DNA from: an uncultured virus (IMG/VR IMGVR_UViG_3300017774_007351)
Lineage: Duplodnaviria > Heunggongvirae > Uroviricota > Caudoviricetes
Virus record (IMG/VR): IMGVR_UViG_3300017774_007351
Length of the DNA stretch: 64,000 nucleotides
Reading direction: 5' to 3' (one strand)
Shown: piece by piece, positions 27,777 through 37,944 of the stretch
Layout of the letters: every line of letters starts with the position of its first letter
How positions within the stretch are numbered: the first letter of the stretch is position 1
The notes under the pieces: generated by a model
The model's database searches: none
Told to the model about the DNA's origin: nothing
What the model saw: only the letters and a program-made list of their open reading frames with translations
Translations under genes and position numbers: made by a program

Positions 27777-28267
27777 AAAACAATAATCTATTACTTGTAG
27801 TGGCTGGTCTGCTTATTTTAGTAGGCTTAACCAAGTTTGATTTATCAGGATTAAATATTCTTCCAAACAGACCTAATGTTGTTGATGTTCTAGAACTTCC
27901 AGAACCAACAGACGAGACTGTTAAAAAAGAAGCCGATGATGTTGTTGTAGTTTTGAAAGAAGCTGGTGTCAAGTCAGAAGCCAAAAGACTAAGAGATCTA
28001 TATCTTGACTTAGCAAAGTTAGTTGAGCTTGATGGTGAAGATGAAGTAATTAAGAGTACTGAAGAAATTCGTCAAGCTAATAGTTTAGCTGGTGTTATGC
28101 TTAGACTAGATATTAAGGGCAAGTATCCTAATCTAGCAAAAGAGGCAAAAGAAGTAGTTATTGCTTCAATTGGTGATGATCAAATTCTATTATCTAAAGA
28201 GCTAAGAGTTAAAGCCGTAGAAGGTCTTAATGCTTTAGCTTGGGCTTGTAATCAAGGATCAAAATAA
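27773..28267 (+). CDS. Signal/membrane-anchored hypothetical protein
   Basis: N-terminal hydrophobic helix. Confidence 0.65.
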   Translation: MKNNNLLLVVAGLLILVGLTKFDLSGLNILPNRPNVVDVLELPEPTDETVKKEADDVVVVLKEAGVKSEAKRLRDLYLDLAKLVELDGEDEVIKSTEEIRQANSLAGVMLRLDIKGKYPNLAKEAKEVVIASIGDDQILLSKELRVKAVEGLNALAWACNQGSK

Positions 28268-29190
28268 TGGCAAGACTTTCTCCGAAAGAATTGTACGATA
28301 ATTATCGCAAAGGATTTAGTGGATGCGTCTGGGAAGAGCATGTGTTCAATCATCTGATGGAAACTTCTAAGTATCCATTATTTGGTGATGCTAGTAAAAA
28401 AATTAGTGGCAGTGGTAAGGGTAAACTTTCAACGCCATATAAGAGTGTGTTAAAATTTGATAAAAACCCTTATAATGAAAGACAAACCACTGGGGATTGT
28501 GTTAGTCATGGAACACGAAATGCTTGCGACGTAACACGAGCCGTAGAAATAGATATACACAATGAGAGAGAGGATTGGATAGCAAAAGGTGCAACAGAAG
28601 CTATCTATGGATATAGAGGATTTAGTGGACAAGGTATGAGTTGTGCCAGAGCAGCAGAGTTTGTCAGCAAGGTGGGTGGTCTTGTAGTGAGAAAAAATTA
28701 TGGTTTTGTAGATTTTAGTAAATATAATGGTAATTTAGGAGCAGGCTGGGGCGGTAGAGGTCTCCCCGATAAAGTGCTAGATTTAGCAAACGATCATCAA
28801 ATTAAGACTGCTTCATTAATCAGAACAGTAGAAGAAGCTCGGGATGCTCTTGCTAATGGTTATGGATTAGCAGTATGTTCTAATTATGGATTTAGTAACA
28901 CCAGAGACAAAAAGGGATTTGCTAGAACTTCTGGTAATTGGGCTCATTGTATGGCTTGGATAGCATGCGATGATACCGGTAGTGAGCCAGCCTTTTTAGT
29001 ACAAAATAGCTGGGGTAAATGGAATGATGGAGGACATCCAGAATGGGGACCTATACCAGAAGGTTCATTTTTAATTCATGCTGATGCTGCTGCTGGAATG
29101 TTGTCAGCCAATGGTTCTTATGCTTTTAGTGGTTTTGATGGATTTCCTCTTCAAAAACTACCCAGTTATGGATTTGACGACTATTTATAG
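28267..29190 (+). CDS. Papain-like (C1) cysteine protease
   Basis: Q..GDCV, HCM, QNSWG..W...G. Confidence 0.85.
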   Translation: MARLSPKELYDNYRKGFSGCVWEEHVFNHLMETSKYPLFGDASKKISGSGKGKLSTPYKSVLKFDKNPYNERQTTGDCVSHGTRNACDVTRAVEIDIHNEREDWIAKGATEAIYGYRGFSGQGMSCARAAEFVSKVGGLVVRKNYGFVDFSKYNGNLGAGWGGRGLPDKVLDLANDHQIKTASLIRTVEEARDALANGYGLAVCSNYGFSNTRDKKGFARTSGNWAHCMAWIACDDTGSEPAFLVQNSWGKWNDGGHPEWGPIPEGSFLIHADAAAGMLSANGSYAFSGFDGFPLQKLPSYGFDDYL

Positions 29191-29237
29191 TCTAGCTATT
29201 TGAATAATCAGGGACGTAAAACTAATCAAAGAAATTT

Positions 29238-29244
29238 GGTGTAT
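29238..29244 (+). promoter_or_regulatory. GGTGTAT motif, putative late promoter
   Basis: Intergenic, 42 nt before ATG 29280. Confidence 0.55.
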
Positions 29245-29279
29245 ATATTTATGTTCCCTTTTAATAAGAGATTATTCCT

Positions 29280-29468
29280 ATGAAACTAATAGACAGAATA
29301 GTTTTAAACAGATCCGTAAAAATACTTCTAGATTTTATCTTGTCTATACTCAAGATATTTGAAAAACATATTCCAGAAGATAAGCCTGACGGTCCTGTAA
29401 AACCAAAACCAAAGCCCAAAAGACCCTTAAAAGATTTGGTAGATAACATCTTACCATGGAGAAAATAA
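29280..29468 (+). CDS. Small Pro/Lys-rich protein
   Basis: Amphipathic helix plus PKPKP. Confidence 0.6.
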   Translation: MKLIDRIVLNRSVKILLDFILSILKIFEKHIPEDKPDGPVKPKPKPKRPLKDLVDNILPWRK

Positions 29469-29469
29469 A

Positions 29470-29805
29470 ATGAATAAATTATTTGTTGGTTTATTCTGTG
29501 TTAGTTTGTTATTCACTCAGTCTCACTACTACGGCTCAACAACGGCTCCAGTAACTCTTGCTGGAGGTATTATTAAAGCCAAGCATGTGCAGGAAGTCAC
29601 ACAGAAATATAAAAGAAAAGATTGTCCGGTTTGCAAGGGTAAAGGATACTATATAAGTGGAGATGGTATTCTTAAAATAGAATGTACTTATTGTGAGCCA
29701 GATAAAGCAGCTATTTCTATTGGACCAATTAAGTCTGTTAGTCCAGCTATCAAAACACCACAGACTCAATTAAACTGCCCAACTGGCAAATGTCCTGTTA
29801 AGTGA
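29470..29805 (+). CDS. Secreted protein with a DnaJ-type Zn motif
   Basis: Signal peptide; CPVCKGKG...CTYC; C-terminal CPTGKCP. Confidence 0.7.
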   Translation: MNKLFVGLFCVSLLFTQSHYYGSTTAPVTLAGGIIKAKHVQEVTQKYKRKDCPVCKGKGYYISGDGILKIECTYCEPDKAAISIGPIKSVSPAIKTPQTQLNCPTGKCPVK

Positions 29806-29841
29806 TCAAAAACCATTGATCATACCATATCCTAAAACTTT

Positions 29842-29848
29842 GGTGTAA
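29842..29848 (+). promoter_or_regulatory. GGTGTAA motif, putative late promoter
   Basis: Intergenic, upstream of the fibre gene cluster. Confidence 0.5.
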
Positions 29849-29946
29849 TTCCTTATAAGACACCATTCTAATTCTAGTTTAGGATTGATCAGTCGTGGAT
29901 TTTCTTTATGATAAAAGATGTTATTCTCTAAAAGGACTCTTCCATA

Positions 29947-31281
29947 ATGACAGATATTGACAAAATTAACCCGGAAGAGGATCTAAAAAACGGATGCTTA
30001 TTTGTAGGACAACCAGTAAAGTCATCTGGACAAGAAAGATGCCCAGATAATGACATAACAACAAATGAAGAGTTTAATAATTTAACCAATAATCTTTCTA
30101 ATAAATTACATAGAGCCGCATACTATACTGTTCAAACCCCAACACCTACTACTAGTTATGGCTCTACTCTCACTCCAACACCCACACCTACTAAAACACC
30201 AACTCTAACAAAAACACCAACAAATACAAATACCCCCACAGCTTCGGTTACGCTATCCTCCTCACTAACACCAACACAGACTCCAACAGCCACACCCACA
30301 GCAACACCTACAAACACTCCCTCTCTTACTACTACAAATACAAATACTCTAACAGCCAGTGTCACCTTAACACCCTCACAAACCATAACATCAACTCCAA
30401 CAAACACACCAACCCTTACACAAAGCCAAACTCTAACACCTACAGTAACGCCAACGGCAACCTCTCAAACTTTACTCAGATGTATGACATATAATACAGC
30501 AGTATCTGCTGATGCAGGAAATTACACCTTTGCTTTTACAGAAGGCCCTGACTTTGTTCCTACTAATGTTAATCATAAGCTGGGATATGGAATAGGTACT
30601 TACATCTTGACAGGGGTTCCTTCTGGTCATCCTATTGCAATTTTAAATTCTGGCTATGAATCATTTATCTCGTATGCTGGGGATGTTGATAAGAAGTCCA
30701 CAATGGTAGTGGGCGGAGTATCATACGACTTTTATTATGGCAACGTAATAATTACTGTTAATGGAGTAGGAACACAACCACCAGCATTAAGTTATTATTG
30801 CCGTATCCATGGTTATATGGGTGGAAATAATAGATTAATATTTAGCACAAACTGCAATCCAACCCCAACCCCAACACCTACACAAAGTCAAACTCCAACA
30901 AAAACTAACACCCTTACCCCTACCCCTACCCCAACAGCTACAGCTGGAGCAGGGGGAACACAAGGATTTGTTGTGAGCGGTGCTGGTTCACCAGCCTTTA
31001 ATGGTACCTATTGTCCAGATGGTACTCTTAATGGAAAAACTCGATACAAATTAACTGGAAGTAATTATACAATAGAATATACAAATAATTGGGTGGTAAA
31101 TGAAGAGGATAACTATGGACCTACATGGCTTATCCAGGCTGGTAATAGCAATTCGACATCTACCCAGTATTATAATGGTTCTTCATTAGATACTCCACCA
31201 TTAAGTGGTTGGGCAACCTATTTTGCCAGTTCACCAGCACCAACACTATCATCTACAACAACGTGTGGTGGATCAACATAA
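29947..31281 (+). CDS. Thr/Pro-rich virion fibre protein with a cupredoxin-like domain
   Basis: Long TPT linkers; GHP...[10 protein letters not shown]. Confidence 0.7.
   Translation: MTDIDKINPEEDLKNGCLFVGQPVKSSGQERCPDNDITTNEEFNNLTNNLSNKLHRAAYYTVQTPTPTTSYGSTLTPTPTPTKTPTLTKTPTNTNTPTASVTLSSSLTPTQTPTATPTATPTNTPSLTTTNTNTLTASVTLTPSQTITSTPTNTPTLTQSQTLTPTVTPTATSQTLLRCMTYNTAVSADAGNYTFAFTEGPDFVPTNVNHKLGYGIGTYILTGVPSGHPIAILNSGYESFISYAGDVDKKSTMVVGGVSYDFYYGNVIITVNGVGTQPPALSYYCRIHGYMGGNNRLIFSTNCNPTPTPTPTQSQTPTKTNTLTPTPTPTATAGAGGTQGFVVSGAGSPAFNGTYCPDGTLNGKTRYKLTGSNYTIEYTNNWVVNEEDNYGPTWLIQAGNSNSTSTQYYNGSSLDTPPLSGWATYFASSPAPTLSSTTTCGGST
30130..30470 (+). repeat. Degenerate (ACN CCN)n coding repeat, mucin-like Thr/Pro linker
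   Basis: [11 protein letters not shown]...; further tracts at ~30860-30940, ~31765-31815 and ~31980-32030. Confidence 0.8.
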
Positions 31282-31330
31282 CTTAATATTTTATAAACAT
31301 GATCGCACGCACCATCTCACGGACTAACTC

Positions 31331-32035
31331 ATGGCCAACGTAAGAATCAGTGAACTACAGTCAGCCCCAGCGATATCTGGTTCTTATGTTTTACCAATTA
31401 ATTTTGCCAACACAGCCTATAAAGCTAACTTTGATCAATTCTCATCTTGGATTAATTATAGAAACGTTAAAGATCAATATTCAACGTCCTACTCTGTAGG
31501 AGTTAATGATAATAAGTCTATTATTACTTTTAATAATGATTTAACTATTAACATAACTATTCCAACTTCAGTCAATAATAATTTACCTATAGGAACTACT
31601 ATTGATTTTATTAGACTAGGAATTGGATCGGTAAATATTACTGGAGAATCTGGAGTAATAATTAATTCTAGCTCTGGATGGACACTAAGAACTGTTTATA
31701 GTAAAGCAACACTAAGTAAAGTTAATACTAATGAGTGGATAATTAGTGGTGATTTGGTTTTAAGTCCAACACCAACACCAACTCACACATCAACAGTTAC
31801 TCCTACTATTACCGTTAGTCCATCTTCAGAACCATTTGGTCCACCAAGTGCCCCATTAAATTTATCTGCTTATGGTGGTAATGAACAATTAATATTAGCT
31901 TGGAACGCCCCACTTAAAGACGGAAGATTACCAATTACAGATTATGTTCTAGAGTACGAATTTGACCCAAGCGTATCTGCTACGCCTACCCACACTCCTA
32001 CTCCAACTCCTACTCCTACCCCAACCCATAGCTGA
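31331..32035 (+). CDS. Virion fibre protein ending in the first half of an FN3 domain
   Basis: ISEL N-terminal module; PSAPLNL...LAWNAP..G..PITDYVLEY. Confidence 0.75.
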   Translation: MANVRISELQSAPAISGSYVLPINFANTAYKANFDQFSSWINYRNVKDQYSTSYSVGVNDNKSIITFNNDLTINITIPTSVNNNLPIGTTIDFIRLGIGSVNITGESGVIINSSSGWTLRTVYSKATLSKVNTNEWIISGDLVLSPTPTPTHTSTVTPTITVSPSSEPFGPPSAPLNLSAYGGNEQLILAWNAPLKDGRLPITDYVLEYEFDPSVSATPTHTPTPTPTPTPTHS

Positions 32036-32052
32036 TTTAAATAGGAAGAACA

Positions 32053-34704
32053 ATGACCATAATTGACACAAATAGTACAGATAAAACATATACTATAAGA
32101 GATTTGACTAATGATCAAATTTATAGGGTCAGAGTTGCTGCTATCAATAGTTTTGGTCAAGGACCGTATTCTAATTGGGTTCAGTCTACACCATTAAGAT
32201 TTGGTATTGATGAAAACTATTATGAAACAATTTTATCTATGCATTTTGATGATTATAGAACAGGAACATATGATCCTTATGGGGATTTTGTAACTTTATT
32301 AATGCATATGGATGGAGATAATAATAGTAAAAATATTATAAGTTCTTCTCCTAATTCTAATAAACTTAGTATTACAGCTAATGGAACATCAAAATTGTCT
32401 TCAGACCAAAGTAAGTTTGGTAGTAATACCAGCTTATATTTGGATGGTACAGCCAACTGTAGTTTATCTGTTGGACCATCTGACGCTTTTAATTTTGGAT
32501 TCAAAGACTTTACTATTGAATTATGGATATATCCAACATCACTAACCGGTACATATAAACCATTTATAGATAGTCGTAATGTAGCAAATAATACCTCTTA
32601 TGTTTTTGGAATTTTAATATCAGGAGATAATACATATTTAGATTTTCTTCCTGGTATAGGAGGACTCTATGGAACCAGTAGAGCGCGTGCATCATATAAC
32701 TTTCAGGTCAATAACTGGTATCATGTTGTAGTAACAAGAAAATTGGGAACGCTTAGGTTTTTTGTGAACGGACAATTATTAACTAATATAAATAATGACG
32801 GTTATTTCCCTGGAGACATGAACTGTCAAAGATCTTCTTTACTAATAGGACAGACTGTTGATCCATCCTACTTTAGTGGATATATCGACGATATTAGAAT
32901 AACTAAAGGAATAGCAAGATACTCCTCCACATTTCCTCTTCCAACCTCTCCATTTCCATCAGCTCTTTATTCATTAATAGATTCATCAGTTTATAATAAT
33001 ACAGTAATACCAATAGCTTCTTCTGGCTCTGTTTCCATCAGCACAGACTCTGCTAAATTTGGAGGATCTTCAGCAAGCTTTGGGGGCTTAAGCTTTGCAA
33101 ATGCGTCTGGAACAAATATTTGGCAACTAGGAACAACAGACTTCACTATTGAATCTTGGGTTAATCCTACCTCTTCTATTGGAGACAAAACAATAGCTGG
33201 TACTTATGATGGAGCTAATGGAGGTTGGGCATTATCCATCAAAGCACCCTCTGCTGGAAATAGCCCAACATCTGGAAACACAGTTTCCTTCACCCGCACC
33301 AGTAATGGATCAGAAGTTGACATTATCATTCCTGGAATTTTAGAGATTACAAGGAACGGACAAAGGAATTCTCTCTATAATAGAGTAGAAGAAAATGATT
33401 CTACGACTGGAACATCACCATCTAGTACATTATGGAATCGTTGTAATCATAATTCTTCTGGTGGTTGCATATCTGAAGACTCTAATAATTGGAATAATAT
33501 TTGTAATTATAATTCTAGAACTTATGGAGATTTTGAGACTTATATTATTCAAGACTATAATGCGGATATACTTGGAAAAGAATTAATTATGAAGCACAAT
33601 CCCACAAATAGACATTGGCTAATTAAATTTAGTTCTTGGGATAATCCAGACGTGGATCAATACGGAGGAGGTTTTGCATACACAAGAACAGAGTTATTAT
33701 CTTGTAATACAACAGCTTCAATTCTTGAATTTCGTAATGGAAACAATTCTATTGTACAAAAAACTATAAACTCACCAATACCAACAGGCTCTTGGTCGCA
33801 TATTGCTGCTGTTAGATCTTCTGGAACCCTTAGATTATTCTTGGACGGAACACAAGCAGGAACTGATACTTCTTTTACAGATAATATTACTAGAAACAAT
33901 AGTTATGGATTATCTATTGGAGCAAAAGTTACATCAAGTGGAAAAGCTTCAGACGCATTTATTGGGTATTTAGATGATCTTAGAATTACTAAAGTGGCAC
34001 GATATACATCTAATTTTGATAAACCAATATCGGTATTTGCAGATATTGGACCAGGACCAAAAGCCCCTTCAGCCCCATTAAATTTAACATCTTCAGAAAA
34101 TTCAGGAGTAGTTTCTTTATCTTGGAATGCTCCACTTTATCCAATGCCGTTGGACTATAGAGCACCGATTACCTCCTATACTGTTCAATATTCAAGTGAT
34201 TCAGGTTCATCGTGGACAGACCATATTGTATCTACAGAATACAAAGCCTTATTAACTCGTAATATTAATGGACTAATACAAAATAACTCATATCTATTTC
34301 AAGTTAAGGGGGAAAATAGTGTTAATGCTGGTCCCTATTCAACTACAACAAGTATAATTCCTCCAACAGGCGCCCCATCCGGCTTTACTGTTACTCCAGA
34401 TGATGGTCGAGCATATATGACTTGGATAGCTCCATATTCTAATTCTTCTATAAGAGATTATGATATTCAGTATTCTATAGATAATGGAAGTAATTGGGAA
34501 ACTTATTCTCACTTAGCAAGTTCTAATACAGCAATTAATATTACTGGATTAATTAATGGTTCAGGCTATATTTTTAAAGCAGCTGCTATTAATTTTGCTG
34601 GTACTGGAATTTATAGCGATAATACTTCTCCGGTCACCATAAATCCACCATCAGATAATCTTTATAATAAGACAAGATTACTATTACATTTAGACTCTAA
34701 TTAA
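32053..34704 (+). CDS. LamG/FN3 fibre or adhesin-like protein
   Basis: FTIELW, YIDDIRITKG, WSHIA motifs; FN3 repeats. Confidence 0.8.
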   Translation: MTIIDTNSTDKTYTIRDLTNDQIYRVRVAAINSFGQGPYSNWVQSTPLRFGIDENYYETILSMHFDDYRTGTYDPYGDFVTLLMHMDGDNNSKNIISSSPNSNKLSITANGTSKLSSDQSKFGSNTSLYLDGTANCSLSVGPSDAFNFGFKDFTIELWIYPTSLTGTYKPFIDSRNVANNTSYVFGILISGDNTYLDFLPGIGGLYGTSRARASYNFQVNNWYHVVVTRKLGTLRFFVNGQLLTNINNDGYFPGDMNCQRSSLLIGQTVDPSYFSGYIDDIRITKGIARYSSTFPLPTSPFPSALYSLIDSSVYNNTVIPIASSGSVSISTDSAKFGGSSASFGGLSFANASGTNIWQLGTTDFTIESWVNPTSSIGDKTIAGTYDGANGGWALSIKAPSAGNSPTSGNTVSFTRTSNGSEVDIIIPGILEITRNGQRNSLYNRVEENDSTTGTSPSSTLWNRCNHNSSGGCISEDSNNWNNICNYNSRTYGDFETYIIQDYNADILGKELIMKHNPTNRHWLIKFSSWDNPDVDQYGGGFAYTRTELLSCNTTASILEFRNGNNSIVQKTINSPIPTGSWSHIAAVRSSGTLRLFLDGTQAGTDTSFTDNITRNNSYGLSIGAKVTSSGKASDAFIGYLDDLRITKVARYTSNFDKPISVFADIGPGPKAPSAPLNLTSSENSGVVSLSWNAPLYPMPLDYRAPITSYTVQYSSDSGSSWTDHIVSTEYKALLTRNINGLIQNNSYLFQVKGENSVNAGPYSTTTSIIPPTGAPSGFTVTPDDGRAYMTWIAPYSNSSIRDYDIQYSIDNGSNWETYSHLASSNTAINITGLINGSGYIFKAAAINFAGTGIYSDNTSPVTINPPSDNLYNKTRLLLHLDSN

Positions 34705-34716
34705 TAAGGTCAAATA

Positions 34717-36081
34717 ATGAGCATCATAGATTCATCTCCAAAACCTAAAAGCGTAACTCTGAATAATGGAGCTGCTATTAGTAATAGTATCAAAAAATTT
34801 GATGGAGGATCTTTATTCTTGAACGGAACCGATAAATCAGGATCGTTTGGCAATACTGGACCATACGCTTTAATATTAGACAATACTGATTTTGGTTTTG
34901 GAAAAGGAGATTTTACTATTGAAATGTGGGTCTACCCATTAGATAATACTGATTGGAGAACTTTAATTTCTATAGGAACATATAACAGTGGATTGTTATG
35001 GAGAATGGGAACCTCTAACGCTCAGTTATATATTACTGGAGTAGGATACGAAGGACTCAATGCTCTTTCAACCAATTATTGGAATTGGGGAGCATCTAAC
35101 GTTCTATTAAACCAATGGAGCCATTTGGCTCTTGTTAGATATAATGGCACAGTTAAGACTTATATCAATGGAGCACAATCTTTTTCTGTTAGCGGTGGGG
35201 CTGCTGCTAGTGATCTTGGATCTTCTCGTTCGGTATATATTGGTACTGGTGCTCATACCATAGGAAACGAAATTTTTAATGGTTATATAGATGAACTAAG
35301 AATTACTAAGGGAATAGGAGGTGCTAGATACCCAACAGCTTTTGATATTGATCTAGTATCGTCCTCCGCATTTCCAGCTACAGGAACCCCGATATCTGCT
35401 CCACAAGTAATTACAGGCCTTAATGCTATACCAATCAATTCAGGTATTCATATTGGCTGGACACCTCCAGTAGAAGATAATGGAGGTATAATCACAGACC
35501 ATATTATACAATATTCAACAGACGGAACAAACTGGGACACATTCAACCACACTGCTATCACAGGAAGAACTGCCACAATAACAGGACTAATTAATGGTAC
35601 AACATATTCAACTAGAGTTGCTCCTATAAATATTGCAGGAACTGGTGATTATGTTACTAAGTCTAATATAATACCACAAACAGGATTATTTAAAGAAGCA
35701 AGCGCAGAATGGACAGTATCACTAGGAACAGGATCTCCAACAGACAAGTACTTTAAAGCAAATTTTTCGAGTTCAGAAGATACAGGAGCGACTATAAAAT
35801 CTTCATATTCTGGAATTCTTAATATTACCGCTACTAGAGCCGGTTCTGATAGTAGTATTGATATTTATGTAAATGGCTCCGTAGTGCATCAATCTGGAAT
35901 AAACTACAGCAGTATAGATAATTTTTCTTTAGTAAAATATCCTGCAACAGCAACTTATCCAAATGGTCAACCAATACTTGAGCCAGTAGTTATTCCAGCT
36001 AATGCTACTATTAAAATAGGATCTGATGGAGACTATACATATTTTGAGAACTTTAGAATGTGGATTACATTACCAGAATAA
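34717..36081 (+). CDS. LamG + FN3 fibre protein
   Basis: DFTIEMW, WSHLALVR, YIDELRITKG, FN3. Confidence 0.8.
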   Translation: MSIIDSSPKPKSVTLNNGAAISNSIKKFDGGSLFLNGTDKSGSFGNTGPYALILDNTDFGFGKGDFTIEMWVYPLDNTDWRTLISIGTYNSGLLWRMGTSNAQLYITGVGYEGLNALSTNYWNWGASNVLLNQWSHLALVRYNGTVKTYINGAQSFSVSGGAAASDLGSSRSVYIGTGAHTIGNEIFNGYIDELRITKGIGGARYPTAFDIDLVSSSAFPATGTPISAPQVITGLNAIPINSGIHIGWTPPVEDNGGIITDHIIQYSTDGTNWDTFNHTAITGRTATITGLINGTTYSTRVAPINIAGTGDYVTKSNIIPQTGLFKEASAEWTVSLGTGSPTDKYFKANFSSSEDTGATIKSSYSGILNITATRAGSDSSIDIYVNGSVVHQSGINYSSIDNFSLVKYPATATYPNGQPILEPVVIPANATIKIGSDGDYTYFENFRMWITLPE

Positions 36082-36087
36082 ACTAAA

Positions 36088-37929
36088 ATGATAACAACAC
36101 AAAAAATAAACTTACTAACAACAGCACCATCTACAAACGATAATTACTACTTTCCTTCTAGCGGAGAAGGAAAAACATATAGAATATCCACCGGTCAATT
36201 AGCTCAATGGATAACTTCTAAAGATCTTAATTTAAAAGATAATAACTATACAATATCTAATAGTGATCAAAGATCTCTAATATCTTTCATTGGAAATGGA
36301 TCTTACAGCCTCTTAGTCCCATCTCATGCTGAAGATCCAATAACAATAGGAACCATTATTGATATTGCTAATAATGGACCTAGCATACTATCTATATCTA
36401 AGTCTCCTGGAGTAACAATAAATTCTCCAGACGGTATTTATATTGTTAATTATGGACTAGCTTCGCTAATAAAAATTGCAGAAAATAACTGGATATTAAG
36501 TGGTAGTTTATCATATCATCCAGACAAATATTTAGGAGAAGTTTCATTATTGGCTCATATGAATGGAACGGATGGAGCTTCTTCCTTTATAGATTCTTCT
36601 AGTATTCCAAAAGCTATAGGCTTTTATGGTGATGTAAAAACATCTTCTACAAAATACAAATATGCTCCAACAAGTGCATATTTTGACGGGGGTCATAATG
36701 CTTTAACGATATCAACTTCAGAAGATTTTAATTTTAGCAATAAAGATTTTTGCTTAGAATTATGGGTTTATGTTAATGATTATAATCCTAATAATTCAAG
36801 AATACTACAATCTAGAAACGGAGATTCATTTTCTGGATTTAGTATTAATATAACATCTTCTGGTAATCTAGGAATATATTGTTCTAGTAATGGTACTTCA
36901 TGGGATATTATTTCTCAAGCATCATTAGGAGTAATACCAAAAGAAACATGGACAAACATAACATTATCCAGAAAATCCAATCTATTCTTAGTTTTTATTA
37001 ATGGAAATATAGTTTATAGCACAACATCAATAGCAAGCTTATACTACAATTCTGGAGATACAGTTATTATTGGTGGACAAACTATTATAACAAACAGGTC
37101 TTTGAATGGATATATTGACGAAGTAAGAATAACCAAAGGAGCATCAAGATATCCTCAAAATTTTCAGTTAAGCAATATAGCGTTTCCTGATAGTTCAACA
37201 CCAATATTAATTCAACCAAAATTAATTCCAGGATTAAAATTATGGCTAGACGCTAGTGATTCTTCTTCTTTATACGATAGTGTTGACGGCGCATCAAATG
37301 CTGGTCCTAATGGGGCTATAGCAAGATGGGAAGATAATGGCGGAGAAAATCATCACGCTATACAGAACGATAGTGCCAAAAGACCAACTAGAAAAGCCAG
37401 TGAACGCAATTCTAGAGATGTGGTATTATTTGATGGAAGTAATGACTGCTTGATTGTGCCAGATTTATGGCTGCCTTCTTATTTTTCAGTATTCATAGTT
37501 CAGTCATCTATTGTAGCAAATAATACTAAGTTTTGGATAGAGCATGGATCAGATTCTACTACTAATTCTGGTTTTAGTTTTCAGGGAATAAATAGTACCT
37601 CTTGGAGTATTCGTAGAAGCTCAAATTATCATTATGGATTGTCTGGAAATTCAGACTGGATTGGTAGCGGATGGAGTTTGGGTTCTTTCATTTATAATGG
37701 AACAGGGTATGTTTACAAGAACGGATCACTTATAAGCTCTCAATCAAGTAGTGGTAGTTCACTATCTAGTTCAATTATAACAGATGTCCTTAATATAGGG
37801 TCTAGAAATCAGTCAAGTTTATTTTTGAATGGTAGTATTGCTGAAATTTTAATTTATGACACGCCACTCTCTAATACATTAAGACTAGGCATAGAAAATT
37901 ATTTAATGAATAGGTGGAATATTGTTTAA
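36088..37929 (+). CDS. Fibre protein with two LamG-like domains
   Basis: LLAHMNG...IDSS...YIDEVRITKG; LWLDASD...IAEILIY...ENYL..RW. Confidence 0.8.
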   Translation: MITTQKINLLTTAPSTNDNYYFPSSGEGKTYRISTGQLAQWITSKDLNLKDNNYTISNSDQRSLISFIGNGSYSLLVPSHAEDPITIGTIIDIANNGPSILSISKSPGVTINSPDGIYIVNYGLASLIKIAENNWILSGSLSYHPDKYLGEVSLLAHMNGTDGASSFIDSSSIPKAIGFYGDVKTSSTKYKYAPTSAYFDGGHNALTISTSEDFNFSNKDFCLELWVYVNDYNPNNSRILQSRNGDSFSGFSINITSSGNLGIYCSSNGTSWDIISQASLGVIPKETWTNITLSRKSNLFLVFINGNIVYSTTSIASLYYNSGDTVIIGGQTIITNRSLNGYIDEVRITKGASRYPQNFQLSNIAFPDSSTPILIQPKLIPGLKLWLDASDSSSLYDSVDGASNAGPNGAIARWEDNGGENHHAIQNDSAKRPTRKASERNSRDVVLFDGSNDCLIVPDLWLPSYFSVFIVQSSIVANNTKFWIEHGSDSTTNSGFSFQGINSTSWSIRRSSNYHYGLSGNSDWIGSGWSLGSFIYNGTGYVYKNGSLISSQSSSGSSLSSSIITDVLNIGSRNQSSLFLNGSIAEILIYDTPLSNTLRLGIENYLMNRWNIV

Positions 37930-37944
37930 CAAGAGGGAACCATA

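Noticed and set aside
29895..29960. 21-codon GTG-started ORF upstream of the fibre gene
   Set aside because: Too short, weak RBS, and overlaps the 29947 start out of frame; cannot be supported.
30130..32030. ACN/CCN-rich tracts as non-coding repeats, a CRISPR array or DGR repeats
   Set aside because: They are degenerate codons for Thr/Pro linkers within ORFs; there are no spacers and no reverse transcriptase in the window.
32030..32055. Programmed frameshift fusing ORFs 31331 and 32053
   Set aside because: The downstream frame has its own TAA at 32038-32040, after the upstream TGA, so the reading frames do not overlap.
34700..34720. Stop-codon readthrough or an alternative genetic code
   Set aside because: The junction has a double TAA. 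Conserved genes across the window are full-length in the standard code and use all three stop codons.
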